Source: Eledone cirrhosa (Eukaryota). Taken from it: a stretch of 64,000 nt of DNA. Shown here one piece after another: positions 35,767 to 49,505 of this stretch; position 1 is the stretch's first letter; each line of letters begins with the position of its first letter. The notes under the pieces were generated by a model that had not been told where the DNA came from, ran no database searches, and saw nothing but the letters and a program-made list of their open reading frames with translations. A program made the translations under genes and the position numbers. Location: the NCBI GenBank assembly GCA_964016885.1, contig OZ024740.1:201872001-201936000 (forward strand), given 5' to 3'.

Positions 35767-38719
35767 AATGTGTATATATATATATATAAGCAATTTTAAC
35801 GCTCGTAACTACAATAAACTAACTCATTTTATTTTGTAAACAAATAATCTATATTCTGCTATTGTATTGAATGATCATCCAGTTAACGTATGGATGTTTC
35901 TATGTATCATTATACATAGAAACATCTACAACAATACATTTCTAAACATAGAAATTTGAAATCTCAGTTGATTAATGTATACGTAGATATGCGCGTGTGA
36001 GTGTCTAACTATAGCTGCCCTTTGCTATTGAATGTCTTGGTAATATTTACCATGCTTTCGCTTAAGGGTTTTAGGCACCCATGGTAGTAGTAATCATATA
36101 AGGACCGCTTTCTTCCCTTGATCCAGCGGAACATCCAGCTGGAAGGAGAAAGGGCTGCACTAGCACTGGATTGGTACTTTCTTTATCGACCCCGACAGGA
36201 TCTATGGCAAAATGGACCTCGGGTTTGAACTCAGAGCGACGGAATGAATACCCCAGTGCATGATTGTCAATTCGCCACCCTGATACATAGATAAAAGGTT
36301 TCAACTTGAGCGTGCGGTCTACTTGGTCATTTACACCAACGTGCGGTCTACTTGCACATTTACAGTGTAGTGTGCAGTCTTACCTAAATTACAATCACTT
36401 AATCCTAACGTTTAGAGTACGGTTAATGCGGTAGACCGCTAAAAACGATCTACTATCACAGAACAATGCGGCTGCCATGAAATATTTAACAAAACCACTA
36501 TGTAGTAATGAAGTGCAGTGTGACAAACTGATTTAATGTTTATGTTGGACCTCCGTCGGTTCCGACGACGAGTGATCCAACGGAACAGCCTGATCGTGAA
36601 ATTAACGTGCAAGTCTACTTTCACGTTAATTTCCATACACGTCTACTCTTAATGTAACTCTCATGGAGATTCAGATTAACACAGTATGACAGGGATGGCC
36701 CTTTGAATCCCAAATAAAACTTATTTTCCCCAGCTGAGTGGACTGGAGCAACGTGGAATAAAGTGTCTTAAGGACACAATGCACTGTCCAGTCTCGTAAT
36801 CGAACTCAAGACTTTACAATCGTGAATCGAACACCTTACCACCAGCCCGTTTTGTTCAGTAATTTTAATTTACATTTCTAACATAATGCAATAACTGACA
36901 AAGGGGAAATTTTGAAATGTCCCTAATTCACACACAGTCTCTTTTTACATTCACACACCATCTTTTTTTCAGTCTCATTTCACACACACATACCGTCTTT
37001 CATTTACGCATACAATCTTTCTCACACACATTCATATGAAACTGTCGAAAATATTGCTGATCCAATGTGTGTGTAAACTAGTGATTTCGTTCGATGTATC
37101 GATATAGACAGTGTCAGATTAAACCTGAGGACCTAAGATGTATAAAGCTTGGAGTCCCTCTACAGCAGAAGGCTTCACAAGAAAATGGAAACATGCCTTG
37201 TCATTATTTTGAAGCCCTAAGCCGTGATTATTTTGCTTAATGGTTAATCCAGGATTGGATATAGATGACATATCTATAGAGACAATACATTTAATATCTA
37301 TTTACTTTTGTGGATGCAACATAGCCAAATGGTTTAAGAAATTCACTTTGCAATCACTATTGTCCAGGGTTCGGTCCCACATCTACCAAAGTCACGAGTG
37401 AATCTATGCTTTGTGAGTGAAATTGGATAGGTGGAAACTGTTCGGAATTAACAAGGGCCAACTTAATTTAAACAGGGTCATGCTGAATCAATCACCCACC
37501 CCTGAGAATTATATTACGGGTACATATGTGTATGGAATGATCAACTGCTTGCACGTTAATTTCATACGCAGGCCGTTCCATTTATCAAACAACTGGAACA
37601 CTCCTAAACGATATATCGATATACAGCCGAATTATTGCTCGACTAGAACTCAGTTGACATTTAAAGAGAGTGCCCTTAAGTAAGACGGTTTGGTGGTAAC
37701 AAGCTGGTAGTTAGTAAGATGAGTAATTTAACAGCTAATGTGACAAAATCTCTCACCATAACAAGGGACCAATGATGAGGAATTATTTTAGCCAATCATT
37801 TCTATTTATTTATATTTTATTTCTAGTTACTGACTGCTGAAGAGATGGGAGTTCATTAAAATACACACACACACACACACACTATACACATAAGTATGTA
37901 TGTGTGTGTATATAGATTTATATACATATATATATGCACTCATTATTTAACGCCTGTTCTCCTAACTAGCGTATATATATGGACCCATAACTCCTGTTGG
38001 AGTCATTGGAGTACCAGGATGATATGCGGCGTTTTGTGGGGCGTTTCAAACCTGGCAGGGCTCATCTCTTCTCCAGGTCTGAACACAGCCTATTCTAGAA
38101 AAGGAGAGCAACTGAAAAAGAGATACAGAGGAAGAATCGACCGTAGTACTGGATAGATACTTTTTTTTATATCGACCTCGAAGAGATGAAAAGCAAAGTT
38201 GACTTTAGCAGTATTAGAACTCTGAACACAAAGAGCTTGAACAAATAGTGCTAAGCATTCTTGGCCAATTCGCTGCCCTATGGCAAATATATGTATATTT
38301 ACAACGTTCCGCTCGGTTCGGGAAATGAACTCAACAACCTAACCACTAGGCTGTGCACCTTCACCGACTAAAAGAATATATCATCGTTATCATCTTACAT
38401 CTAATTTCCACATTTACATGAGTTAGACAGGTTGTCATGTTTTGAGGCTAGACATGTCAGATGACTGTGCTTGCTTATTATGTTCCATTTTGGCATAGTT
38501 TCTACAGCTGGATGCCAACCACTTCTCAGTGTGTACTGAGTATTTTTTATCATGGCACCAGCACTTTACAAGTGTGGACTGTATGCATTTTATCATAGCA
38601 CCAGCACTGCCACTTTACAAAGTAGGGTGGGTGCATTTTATTGGGGCACCAGCACTACAGTTTTTCCACACTATGGCATTAATATCATTAGCTCGTCTGG
38701 GAAAGCAGTGACGGGAATA

Positions 38720-38768
<49 letters not shown>

Positions 38769-38771
<3 letters not shown>

Positions 38772-39270
38772 CTTTATTAGCCACAGGGGCACAAAAGAAG
38801 GGGACAAATACAAAGGGGGAAGTTTACATACAATAAAAACGTGTAAAATGTTATCACAGATGGAATTTAAAAGTTAGTCGATTTTCCCCAATAGAGGGAG
38901 ACAGTTTATATGGGTAACACATACCCCCGAAAAAAAATGTGCAACCCTCATCTCCAGGAGTACGAAGAGCTTGTACTCCTTTCCTCTCCTCCTCCTTTTC
39001 CTCAACCTACAGGCTGATATAGAGAGAAGGCCCATTCACTCGGGCCATTCTCGCCACTTTCACCCACCTTTCATAAAACTTGCTGGGGTACAGCACCTCT
39101 CTCTCCATCCTGATTCTTCTTCCAAAGTGGTATTTGAAAAAAAGAATCAGTTGTTGGCCGGAGAGAAAGGTGTCTGACCTCAGCCCTTTCAACCTTGTCC
39201 ACCATACAACCTCTTTCGCCATAGCTATCACACAAAGGAAAACTGCCTCTCCTTCGTTTTTGAAGGAGGG
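38769..39270 (-). mobile_element. Tx1/L1-like LINE 3' fragment
   Basis: ORF end IAMAKEVVWWTRLKGL...ERWVKVARM shared with 47519-47923 and 59623-60252; 3' end GTGGCTAATAAAGAAA joins (TA)n. Confidence 0.8.
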
Positions 39271-40049
39271 TAGATAGATAGATAGATAGATATCATCGTC
39301 GTCATCGTTTAAACGTCTGCTTTCAATGCTAGCAAGGGTTGGACGGGTCTACATAGTCAGTACCGAAGTGGGATTACTCATCTCCCAGTCAAGCCAGGAA
39401 TTTGTCTCACATATACGGTTTCATGTTCTACTGAGTGCACCAGAAAAGTTGTCATGTCTTTAACAAAACTGAGGATCCTCCCAACCCTTTGCTTGGCAAG
39501 CTTTCTACCCTTCCTATCATCAACAACTTTGCAGCATGAACTGGGTGCGTTTATCGTGTAGATCACCAACACTAGGGAGGCGGTCATATGGCATGACTGA
39601 AGGGTCCTCCCAGCCCTCCGGCAAGCTTTCTGCAAATGGATGCCCTTCCTGTCACCAATCACTTCATAAAGGGGCACTAGCTAGGAATGTGTATGTGGGG
39701 GGAAGGGGCATGGGTGTGTGTGTGTGTGGTGAGGGTGGTGTAGAGGTGTTTAAAATAGCTGTTAGTGAGTGGTAGTGGAAGTGGGGAAGGTCAGGCTACA
39801 TAGCATGTTGCAGGTCAGGTCTTTTTCAGCATCACATAGCGCCAGCCCTTGCAGTCTTTTGTCATTTCTGTTATATATAAGTAGCAAATAAGCAGATGTG
39901 TTATAGCATTGGATGAAATACCTCCTAAGATTTATTCCAGCTCCTTGCATTCTGAATTCAAATTCTCCTGAGGTCAACTTCGGGGATAGACACTAAGATA
40001 CTTAAAATATATGGCAGAGTAAGTCACGCACTCGTCACCCTCCTAGTCA

Positions 40050-40465
40050 ATGAGGATAGTACAGGGAGGTGTCATATCCAATGACTTGCATAACAGTATC
40101 ATCATCAACTGCCACAAAGTTAAAGGAGACACTCTACAGAGAGAATGCCACAGGGACAATATATCGGTGGATCAGATTAGGAAAATTACTGAGTTATAAC
40201 TCAATTGATCAGGAAGAGAATTAGGAAATATGAGCAGTTCAGGTTTATGCCAGGAGGGAGTACCACTGATGTTCTCTTCCTAGACAGACAACTACAGGAT
40301 TAAGCCACTTTACCTAGTGTCTTCAACTTGGAAAAGGCTTTTGATAGGATTCAATGCTCTGTAGTAAATGGTGACTAAGGAAGGTAGAAATAGACAGATG
40401 GCTTGTACAAGACATGTAGAAAAGTAATATCGACAAGAAAATTAGTGTATAAGTTGGTATACAAC
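40050..40465 (+). pseudogene. Heavily decayed RTE RT fragment
   Basis: IIINCHKVKGDTL, QFRFMPGGSTTDVLFL, NLEKAFDRI. Confidence 0.75.
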
Positions 40466-40479
40466 TAATGATGAACAGA

Positions 40480-40852
40480 TACTGTTACAAGGACCAAATA
40501 CACTCAGTCTATGTGAACAGATAGCAGAACTAGGACTAAATACAGTTAATGTGAACAGCTACCAGTGCTAGGACCAAATACAGTCAGTCAAATGTAAACA
40601 TGTACTGGTACTAGGATTAAATACATAGTCAATGTAAATAGATAGTGGTACTAGGACCAAATAAAGTCAGTCAATGTGAACAGCTAGCAGAACTAGGACT
40701 AAATACAATCAATGTGAACAGCTACTGGTACTAGGATTAAATACATTCAGTCAGTCAATGTAAATAGATACTGGTACTAGGACCAGATAAATACAGTCAA
40801 TGTGAACCGATACTGGTACTAGGATTAAATACACTCAGTCAATCTGAACACA
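40480..40852. repeat. Degenerate minisatellite, ~38-46 bp unit x ~9
   Basis: Recurring tactggtactagga(cc/tt)aaatac...agtcaatgt(g/a)aa. Confidence 0.85.
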
Positions 40853-43800
40853 TCAATCAATGAGATGTTTACTTTTCACCTACCACTTTGGAGATCATTT
40901 TTCTTTTCATATTTATAATCAAACAAACAAGTACTAAATTGAAAAATATTATGTATACATCCAGAATTAGAAACTTTAACCCATGCAAGTGTGTGTGGGG
41001 GGGGGGGGGGGGGGGGGTGATTTATGGTACCATATAGCTCAGTTACTAATCAATCAAACCTTACACATTCAAAAAATATAGAGAAAAACAGTAAAGAACT
41101 GAGAGAATTTAGTTGTAGTGTTGCTAGTTTACAAGGAAGCCTTTCACAGTATACCATTGTTATCATTTTGTCTGCTTTCCATGTTGATATGGGTTTGATG
41201 GGTCTACACGGTCCAAATTAGTCCTTATTCCGAGAACAAAATGAGCCAGGGGCCATATCTTACTTGGCCCAAGTTCCACAACCATTGCTGTTCAATGGCT
41301 AATCAAGACTAGCTGCACCACTACCAACCAATGATATCTAACATTATACAATATCAAAAAGGCATCTTGCAAGGAATGGCTTGTCAGCACTGCTCTTTAT
41401 CTTCTCACTAAATCTGTTATAATACCAGTTGACAAAACAATGTTTATAGAAAACGAACGCAAAAACATTGCTCACGTTTTCTTTGTGAATGACCTGAAGC
41501 ATAAACACCTTGAAAAGCAATTAGACCTCATTATCCAATAGTGTACAAGCTATGTAGAATGGTAATTTCAGCAAGGTGAGAGATAAAGAGTTCACAAGGA
41601 ATTTAGTGTATGAGTTGGCGTTTATGAGGGCTCAGTACTAAACTCCTATGCCATAGCACCTGTTATCACAAGGAAATCAGTTAAATATCTGAAGAAATGT
41701 CAAAATTGGAAACAATACCTTGCATTGAAAAGCCTCAAATTAAACCTGGTTGAAGGCAAGCTAAACATGGATATTAATGAACTGTAAACTTCATTTCCTT
41801 TCATGTTTTCATCATCATTTAACGCCCATTTTTCCATGCTAACATGGGTTAGAAGAATTGTCCCGTTGTGAGACAAATTAGATCAGATGACCATGTCTTG
41901 CTCATACAGAACTGTTCAGTACAAAATTTTCCACAGATATTGGAATAGAATTTAGGAGTAAAAAATATACATTTTTTGTGGCCAAATGAGGGAAATTTGT
42001 GTCCTGTCAAAAAAACAAAACAATGCAAACATGAATGACTTGACAATACAGCCTATACAACCAACTGAGAATGTTAGGTACCTTGGACAGGGTGAGAATG
42101 TCAAGTATGATGGGTCCATTACAAAGAGAGGGATAGATTGAATACTTCAAGAGAGTAAAGACAATATGGTTACCAAAATTCTTAGAGTAGAACAAATGTC
42201 ACCTATGAAGGGACTATCTTTACACTGGCCTTCCTAATTTGTCATGAGAACTTTGTGAGATGGGCGTAAGGCCTCAGAAACTGCTCGGTATTACTGGAAA
42301 TTTCAATGTCAATGAGGATGTAGGTAATATTTCATATGCAGAGGAGAACCATGGCCTTAAACCTGTATCTACAACATACGAGACCTAGATTTTAATACTA
42401 TAGCGACATCTTTAGCTGAGAAAAAAGGTCAGCAACTTGTTCAAGTTTGCAAATACAAAAATAAAAACACAATTAAAATAACTACTAAACTTGAGAAGAA
42501 ACGTGAAATAATAGCTGACACTGCTCTATCTCTCTCTTTCCAAAGAACATGGAAAAATCCTACTTAACATTAAAGAATACTCCACTGAGAAGGTTGCATA
42601 TGGCTACTTGAAGGAAAAAAAATAACCAAAGACAAAATAAATTACTAAAAGCCTGTCATGAAGTACCAAGTTTTACATCTTACCATGGATATTACCACTA
42701 TGCAATAACTACCAGCAAAGACAGAAAACCTCAACAGACAACAAATGAAGGCTGTACAAAACTAAAACTGAAGACATTAGCCACATCATAACCACTGTGA
42801 GAAAATATACTCTAGATATTACCTTCTCCTGAGGCATGATGTGGTAACCAGAGCAATCTGGAATAAAGAATAGAGGGAGAAAAAAAAAAAACACAGTAAC
42901 AACCAATAACATTGAACACATTGAGGCTGGTGAATCAAAAGAATCTCATCTCATACAAGGTTGCATCTTATAAGAGATTTCACAAGTGTTTGAATGATGA
43001 AGTCCTATCTCTACCCTGAAATGACCAGATACAAATTTGTTGCAGCGATTAACTCCCAGTTACTGCTGGTACTCTTTTTTTCCCTCCAACTGAATGACTG
43101 AAGCAACATGCAGGAATTGAACCCACGATTTTATGACCCAGAGTCCCAAACCTTAAACCACTAGGCCAGACAGAAAAACTAAGTATAAAAACAGCAATCC
43201 AATTAAAAGACAACCAATCCAATATTTCTGTTTGAAATAAAACCATGCTCTGTTGTGAAAGTCAGCTGATTTATAGCAAAATAGTAAGAAAAATATGAGA
43301 GAAAGACAGCTATGGTCTATTCACGAGGAGTCTACAGTCAAAGTATACATTTAGCTTTACACCCATTACTATTACGGGATGCAGTATAACCAAGTGGTGA
43401 AGGAGTTCACTTCCTATTCATTAGGTCCAGGGTTCAATGGTACCTTGGAAAATTATTATTTACCATAGCCAACACAAGCTTTGTGAGTGATACTGGGTAG
43501 AGAGATATGGTAGAAGCTCTTGAATTGGTTTATACCTGTAATTCAAATGGCCAGCCATATCACATACTGTCAAGAACTTAAAATTTAAAAGGTGAATGGT
43601 TGTACAAAGAATGATGAAAATCACCCTTTTCCCCACTTTTATATATCTTTTCTTTACAACCTTGCAACTAAGTAAGTGGCCAGTCAAAATATACTTTAAA
43701 ACCCTAAATAGGAAAGGATGGAAAGGCAGACAGTGTTCCAGCGAATGCGCTCTGTCTGGTCAGCCTCAGTTAACAGCACAGATGCCGAGTTGCCCCTATA

Positions 43801-46265
43801 CAACACCATCATTTTCTCTCAGTGACCTGTGCCTGCAAGACCTGGAAGGACATAGCAAAGATCAACAGAAAACTGAATGCAGTTCATTAAAAGTGCCTCA
43901 GAAAGATTATGATGGTCACCTGGCAAGACCAGATTACAAATGAAGAGATCATGAGGAGAGTAAAGTTATGAACCACTGCAGGAATTAATTATACAAGTAA
44001 TGATTCCATCTGGCTAGCCACACTACCTGATCACCAGTACTTGAAAGCAATGATGATTTGGACTGCTCTTGGAGGCAAAAAGAAAAAGAGCAGGCTGAAG
44101 ATAACCTGGTGATGGACATTTCAAGACAATCTAAAAGCCGTCAGCAACACCTGGAATGGATGTGAAAGGGCAGCAGTGGATCATGTGCATTGAAGGATGC
44201 TTGTTACGCAATGTGCTACTCACCATATAAGAGACTAAGACTAAGATACACACAGGGTTGGATTTAGACCTTGGGGGCCCAGGACACTTCAGATTTGGGA
44301 GGCCCCTCATGCACAAGAAATTAGAATACACAGCAAACACCCCAATTTTACATATCAAAGTTAGCTTGGCACAAGTAATTGCAATTGAAAAGTTATACAT
44401 ACAGGTATTAAATTCAAAAATTCTAACCATCCTAAAACTAAAAAGCCCAGCTGAAGGCACAAATAAATTGCTACAGTCGTAGCTTTATCTTCTTTGTAGA
44501 GGGAAAAGATTAGTATCCATTTGGAGTTTTTTTTATATAGCTTAGTCAGCTTGCAGGGCATTGCCAATGATCCCTTTTCAGAACTAAGACTATTGGAAGG
44601 GAAATAGGAAGGTATCCACAGACCCAGAACACTCTGGCAAAGGCACCCAAAGGACAGGTGGTAATGTTAAACCAGACAACAGATTAAATCTACCACCTTC
44701 ATCAGAGAAAGACTAATTACCTATATTCTGTCATTGAGTGAAGAAGTGCCAAGAGCTGAAGAAGGAGTGGAAGAAGGCCACAGACGAAGATGACCCAAAA
44801 AAAGAAATGGGCAGAGGTGGTGAAACCTGATCTCAAGAAAATGAACCTTACAAAGGAAAGAAACAAGTAGAGAGATGCTTGACTGGTGAGAATTCATCTT
44901 ACCCATGCAAGCATGGAAAAACAATGATAATAATGATGTCCACAAAGAAATTAGCATCTTGTAGCTATTTATAGAGTACATAAACTAAAACATGGATGTG
45001 TGAGCAAATAGCATGCATGCGAGTGTGTGCATGTATATGATGAATAAGGGGAAGGGGGAAGGCTGTGAGGAAGTAAAATGTGTGAAATATGTGGATTTAT
45101 GTATGTGCAAGACATCACAGTGTATGGTGTAGGTGGATGTATGGCAAAATATGTTAGTGTATGGATAGAGAAGACAGGTGGCATGGAGTATGTATGCAGT
45201 ATGTGGGTGTCTGTGTAGAAAAAAGGTGGTGAAATATAGTGTGTATTTGTGATAATTGGGGGAGGAACTTAGAGGAAAGCAAGTAAGTTAATACCAGCAG
45301 GGTAAATGTGTTCAAGTAGAAGATCAGTTGTTGTTCACAATGATGCCAGAAAATGGGAGAGGCATAGTGTTGTATAATTGTACAAACAACCAGATATAGA
45401 TGAGAGTTGCCAGGGAACAGATGTGGCAAACTACAGGCTTGATTGATTTGGTTGTATTGTGACAAATATTCAACAAATGTTCCTAAAAATAATCAGCTAA
45501 TTAACAAGTTTTCTCCTGTGTATGGTAGCTGCTGCTTCTTATTGTGTCCACAAGTGTGTCAGTTACAAAGCTTGGATAGATGTGGTTCCGCCACAGCTGA
45601 ACACATTGCTGTCCTTTCTCATTAAACTCTGCCAAGTCTAACACTGTGCAAGGTGTTCCAGCAGGAGGCATATCAGGAGGTGCTGCGTAGTCTGTGGTTC
45701 GATGTCGCAGTCACACACAACGCCCCCAACCTTTAAATATCCTCATTTGTGGTACCCAGTTATGGTAGCTACAAAGTCGGTACTTAATGCAGTTGATGAA
45801 ATGGTCTATGATAAGGAAAGATGACACAGATGTGTGTAAACTAGTGATGATGTAAACGAAACAGTAACTGTTGCAAACTACCACCAATAAGTCAGTCACT
45901 ACCTCTCTTCCATCTTGACATCAAAACAAGATGGCGTAGGACAGAACAAAGGAGAGGCACAAAAACAAAGAAAAGAATCCCCAGTCACTGAAGAGGTCAC
46001 AGAATGTATGACGAAAGAACTTTGACAATATATGAACAACCGTCTGGTTATGGAACCAACCAACCAACCGGAAATTTATAAATTTAATTTCTAATAAATT
46101 GAAGTGAAAGCAACTGGTGCGTGTGTTTCTTATTGGCAACATGAACCTCCCAAAGTATAACAATATCGGTTTCAACACACGTTTTCAGATAAAGAATCTT
46201 GCTAAACAAATTCAGTAACGAAATACAAATATATACATATATATATATATATATACAAATATATA

Positions 46266-46561
46266 CATCATCATCATCATCATCATTGTTTAACGTCCAT
46301 ATTCCACGCTTGCATGGGTTTGGACGGGAGTTTTCCCACTTGAGGCAAGAGTGGTTGTCTTGCTCGCATAGGAGTGTCTGGCAGATTTTCTACAGCTGGA
46401 TGCCCTTCCTAACACCAACCACATTTACAGTGTGGAACTGGGAGGTTTTTACCGTGTTACCTACACGGCCACATTACAGCGTGGACTGTGTGTTTTTTTG
46501 TCGTGACACCTACACGACCTCATTTGTTTCGGCCTGGATGTTGTGGTACCAACATAACTTT
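46266..46561 (-). mobile_element. RTE 3' UTR-only copy with (GAT)n tail
   Basis: Reverse complement matches 32240-32542. Confidence 0.9.
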
Positions 46562-46980
46562 ACATATATATATATATATACAAATATATATATATACAAA
46601 TATATATATACAAATATATACATATATATATATATACAAATATATACATATATATATATATATACAAATATATACATATATATATATATACAAATATATA
46701 TACAAATATATATACAAATATATACATATATATATATATACAAATATATATACAAATATATACATATATATATACAAATATATACATATATTTATACAAA
46801 TATATACATATATATATACAAATATATACATATATATATACAAATATATACATATATATATACAAATATATATATATATATACAAATATATACATATATA
46901 TATATATACAAATATATACATCTATATATATATATACAAATATATACATCTATATAAATATATACATCTATATATATACA

Positions 46981-47012
<32 letters not shown>

Positions 47013-47251
47013 CAAATATATACAAATATATATATATATATATATATATACAAATATATACATATATATATATATATACAAATATATACAAATATATACA
47101 TATTTATATATATACAAATATATACAAATATATACATATATATATATACAAATATATACAAATATATACATATATATATATATACAAATATATACAAATA
47201 TATATATATATATATACAAATATATACAAATATATATATATATATATATAT
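46562..47251. repeat. (TA)n-CAAA/CA microsatellite
   Basis: Direct reading of sequence. Confidence 0.97.
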
Positions 47252-48226
47252 GTTTCTTTTATTTGCCACTAGGGCATCAAAAGTGGGACAAGTACAAAGG
47301 GGGGAGTTTACACAAAAAGGCGTCCTCAATAAGGAGGAGGCAATAACAAAATATAAAAATAAAATAAGATATAACAAAAAATAAAATTTTTTTTTAACAA
47401 AATCCTCAATAGAGAGGAGGCGCCTTGGGGGGTCGCACACACCCCCGAAAAAAGTGTGCAACCCTTCTCCTCAGGAGCACAGAGAAGGGGTGCTCCCTTG
47501 GTCTTTCATCTTCCTCACCTATAGTCTGATGTAGAGTGAAGGCCCATTCACACGGGCCATTCTCGCCACTTTCACCCATCTTTCATAGAAACGGCTGGGG
47601 TGCAGCACCTCTCTCTCCATCCTGATCCTTCTTCCGAAATGATATCGGAAGAAACGGACCAGTTGTTGGCCAGAGAGAAAGGTGCCCGACCTCAGTCCTT
47701 TCAGACGCGTCCACCATACAACCTCTTTCGCCATGGCTATTACGCACAGAAACACCGCCTCTGCTTCATCTTTGAAGGGGGGAGGCGGCTTGATCATTAC
47801 AATAGACTCGGTGGTCAACCGGATCGGTCCCACCCTTGACAGCAGTTGTTCGACATAGCCCCACAGATCGGCTACGCCCGAGCAGTGTACCAATGCGTGT
47901 GCAACGGTTTCCTCGTCGCACACGCATCTGGGACAGATCTTTTTGGCGGGGTCCCTACCCGGGCGCCCGTGTCTGTAGAGCCTTTCTCGAACGGGTAAAG
48001 CCCCTCGGTAGCACTGCCAGGCCAGGGACTTCTAGAAGTTGTCCATAGGTCCCGGGCTGAATGTCCTACCGAACAGGCTGGCCAGTTCGTCCTCCTCCAT
48101 GTCTAGGGCTTCTCCGAGGGCGTCGTCGCACCTGCTGCGTACCAGCCCTCTATAGAATGTTGCGGTGGAGTCTCCACTGATAACCGGATCCGCCTGCCAG
48201 AGGGCGGTGAGCGCCTGGGCACACTC
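47252..48226 (-). mobile_element. Tx1/L1-like LINE 3' fragment with CCHC (zf-RVT type) motif
   Basis: WQCYRGALP..ERLYRHG..KICPRCVCDEETVAHALVHCS..LW; premature stop at 48032-48034; 3' UTR ends in AATAAA then (TA)n. Confidence 0.85.
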
Positions 48227-48366
48227 ATACAAATATATACACATATATATATATATATATACAAATATATATATATATATATATATACAAATATATACAT
48301 ATATATACAAATATATACATATATATACAAAAATATATACATATATATATATATATATACATACAA

Positions 48367-48397
<31 letters not shown>

Positions 48398-48638
48398 CAT
48401 ACAAATATATACATATATATATATATACATACAAATATATACATATATATACAAAAATATATACATATATATACAAATATATACATATATATACAAATAT
48501 ATACATATATATACAAATATATACATATATATATATACAAAAATATATATATATACAAAAATATATACATATATATATATATACAAATATATACATATAT
48601 ATATATATACAAAAATATACATATATATATATACAAAA

Positions 48639-48681
<43 letters not shown>

Positions 48682-48754
48682 AATATATACATATATATAT
48701 ATACAAATATATACATATATATATATACAAAAATATATACATATATATATACAA

Positions 48755-48785
<31 letters not shown>

Positions 48786-48870
48786 CAAATATATACATAT
48801 ATATATATACAAAAATATATACATATATATATATACAAAAATATATACATATATATATATATATATACAA

Positions 48871-48901
<31 letters not shown>

Positions 48902-48903
48902 CA

Positions 48904-48939
<36 letters not shown>

Positions 48940-48966
48940 TTTTGTATATATATATGTATATATTTG

Positions 48967-49001
<35 letters not shown>

Positions 49002-49034
49002 TTGTATATATATATATATATATGTATATATTTG

Positions 49035-49069
<35 letters not shown>

Positions 49070-49298
49070 TTTTGTATATATATATATATATATATTTGTA
49101 TATATTTTTGTATATATATATATATGTATATATTTGTATATATATATATATATATATGTATATATTTTTGTATATATATATATATATATGTATATATTTT
49201 TGTATATATATATATATATATATATATATTTTTGTATATATATATATATATATATATATATTTTTGTATATATATATATATATATATGTATATATTTT

Positions 49299-49334
<36 letters not shown>

Positions 49335-49505
49335 AATATATACATATATATATATACGAAAATATATACATATATATATATATATACAAATATATACACA
49401 AAAATATGTACATATATATATATATATATACAAATATATACATATATATATACAAAAATATATACATATATATATACAAAAATATATACATATATATATA
49501 TACAA
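48227..49505. repeat. (TA)n-CAAA microsatellite with an internally inverted block
   Basis: TACAAA units switch to TTTGTA over ~48930-49305 and back. Confidence 0.97.
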
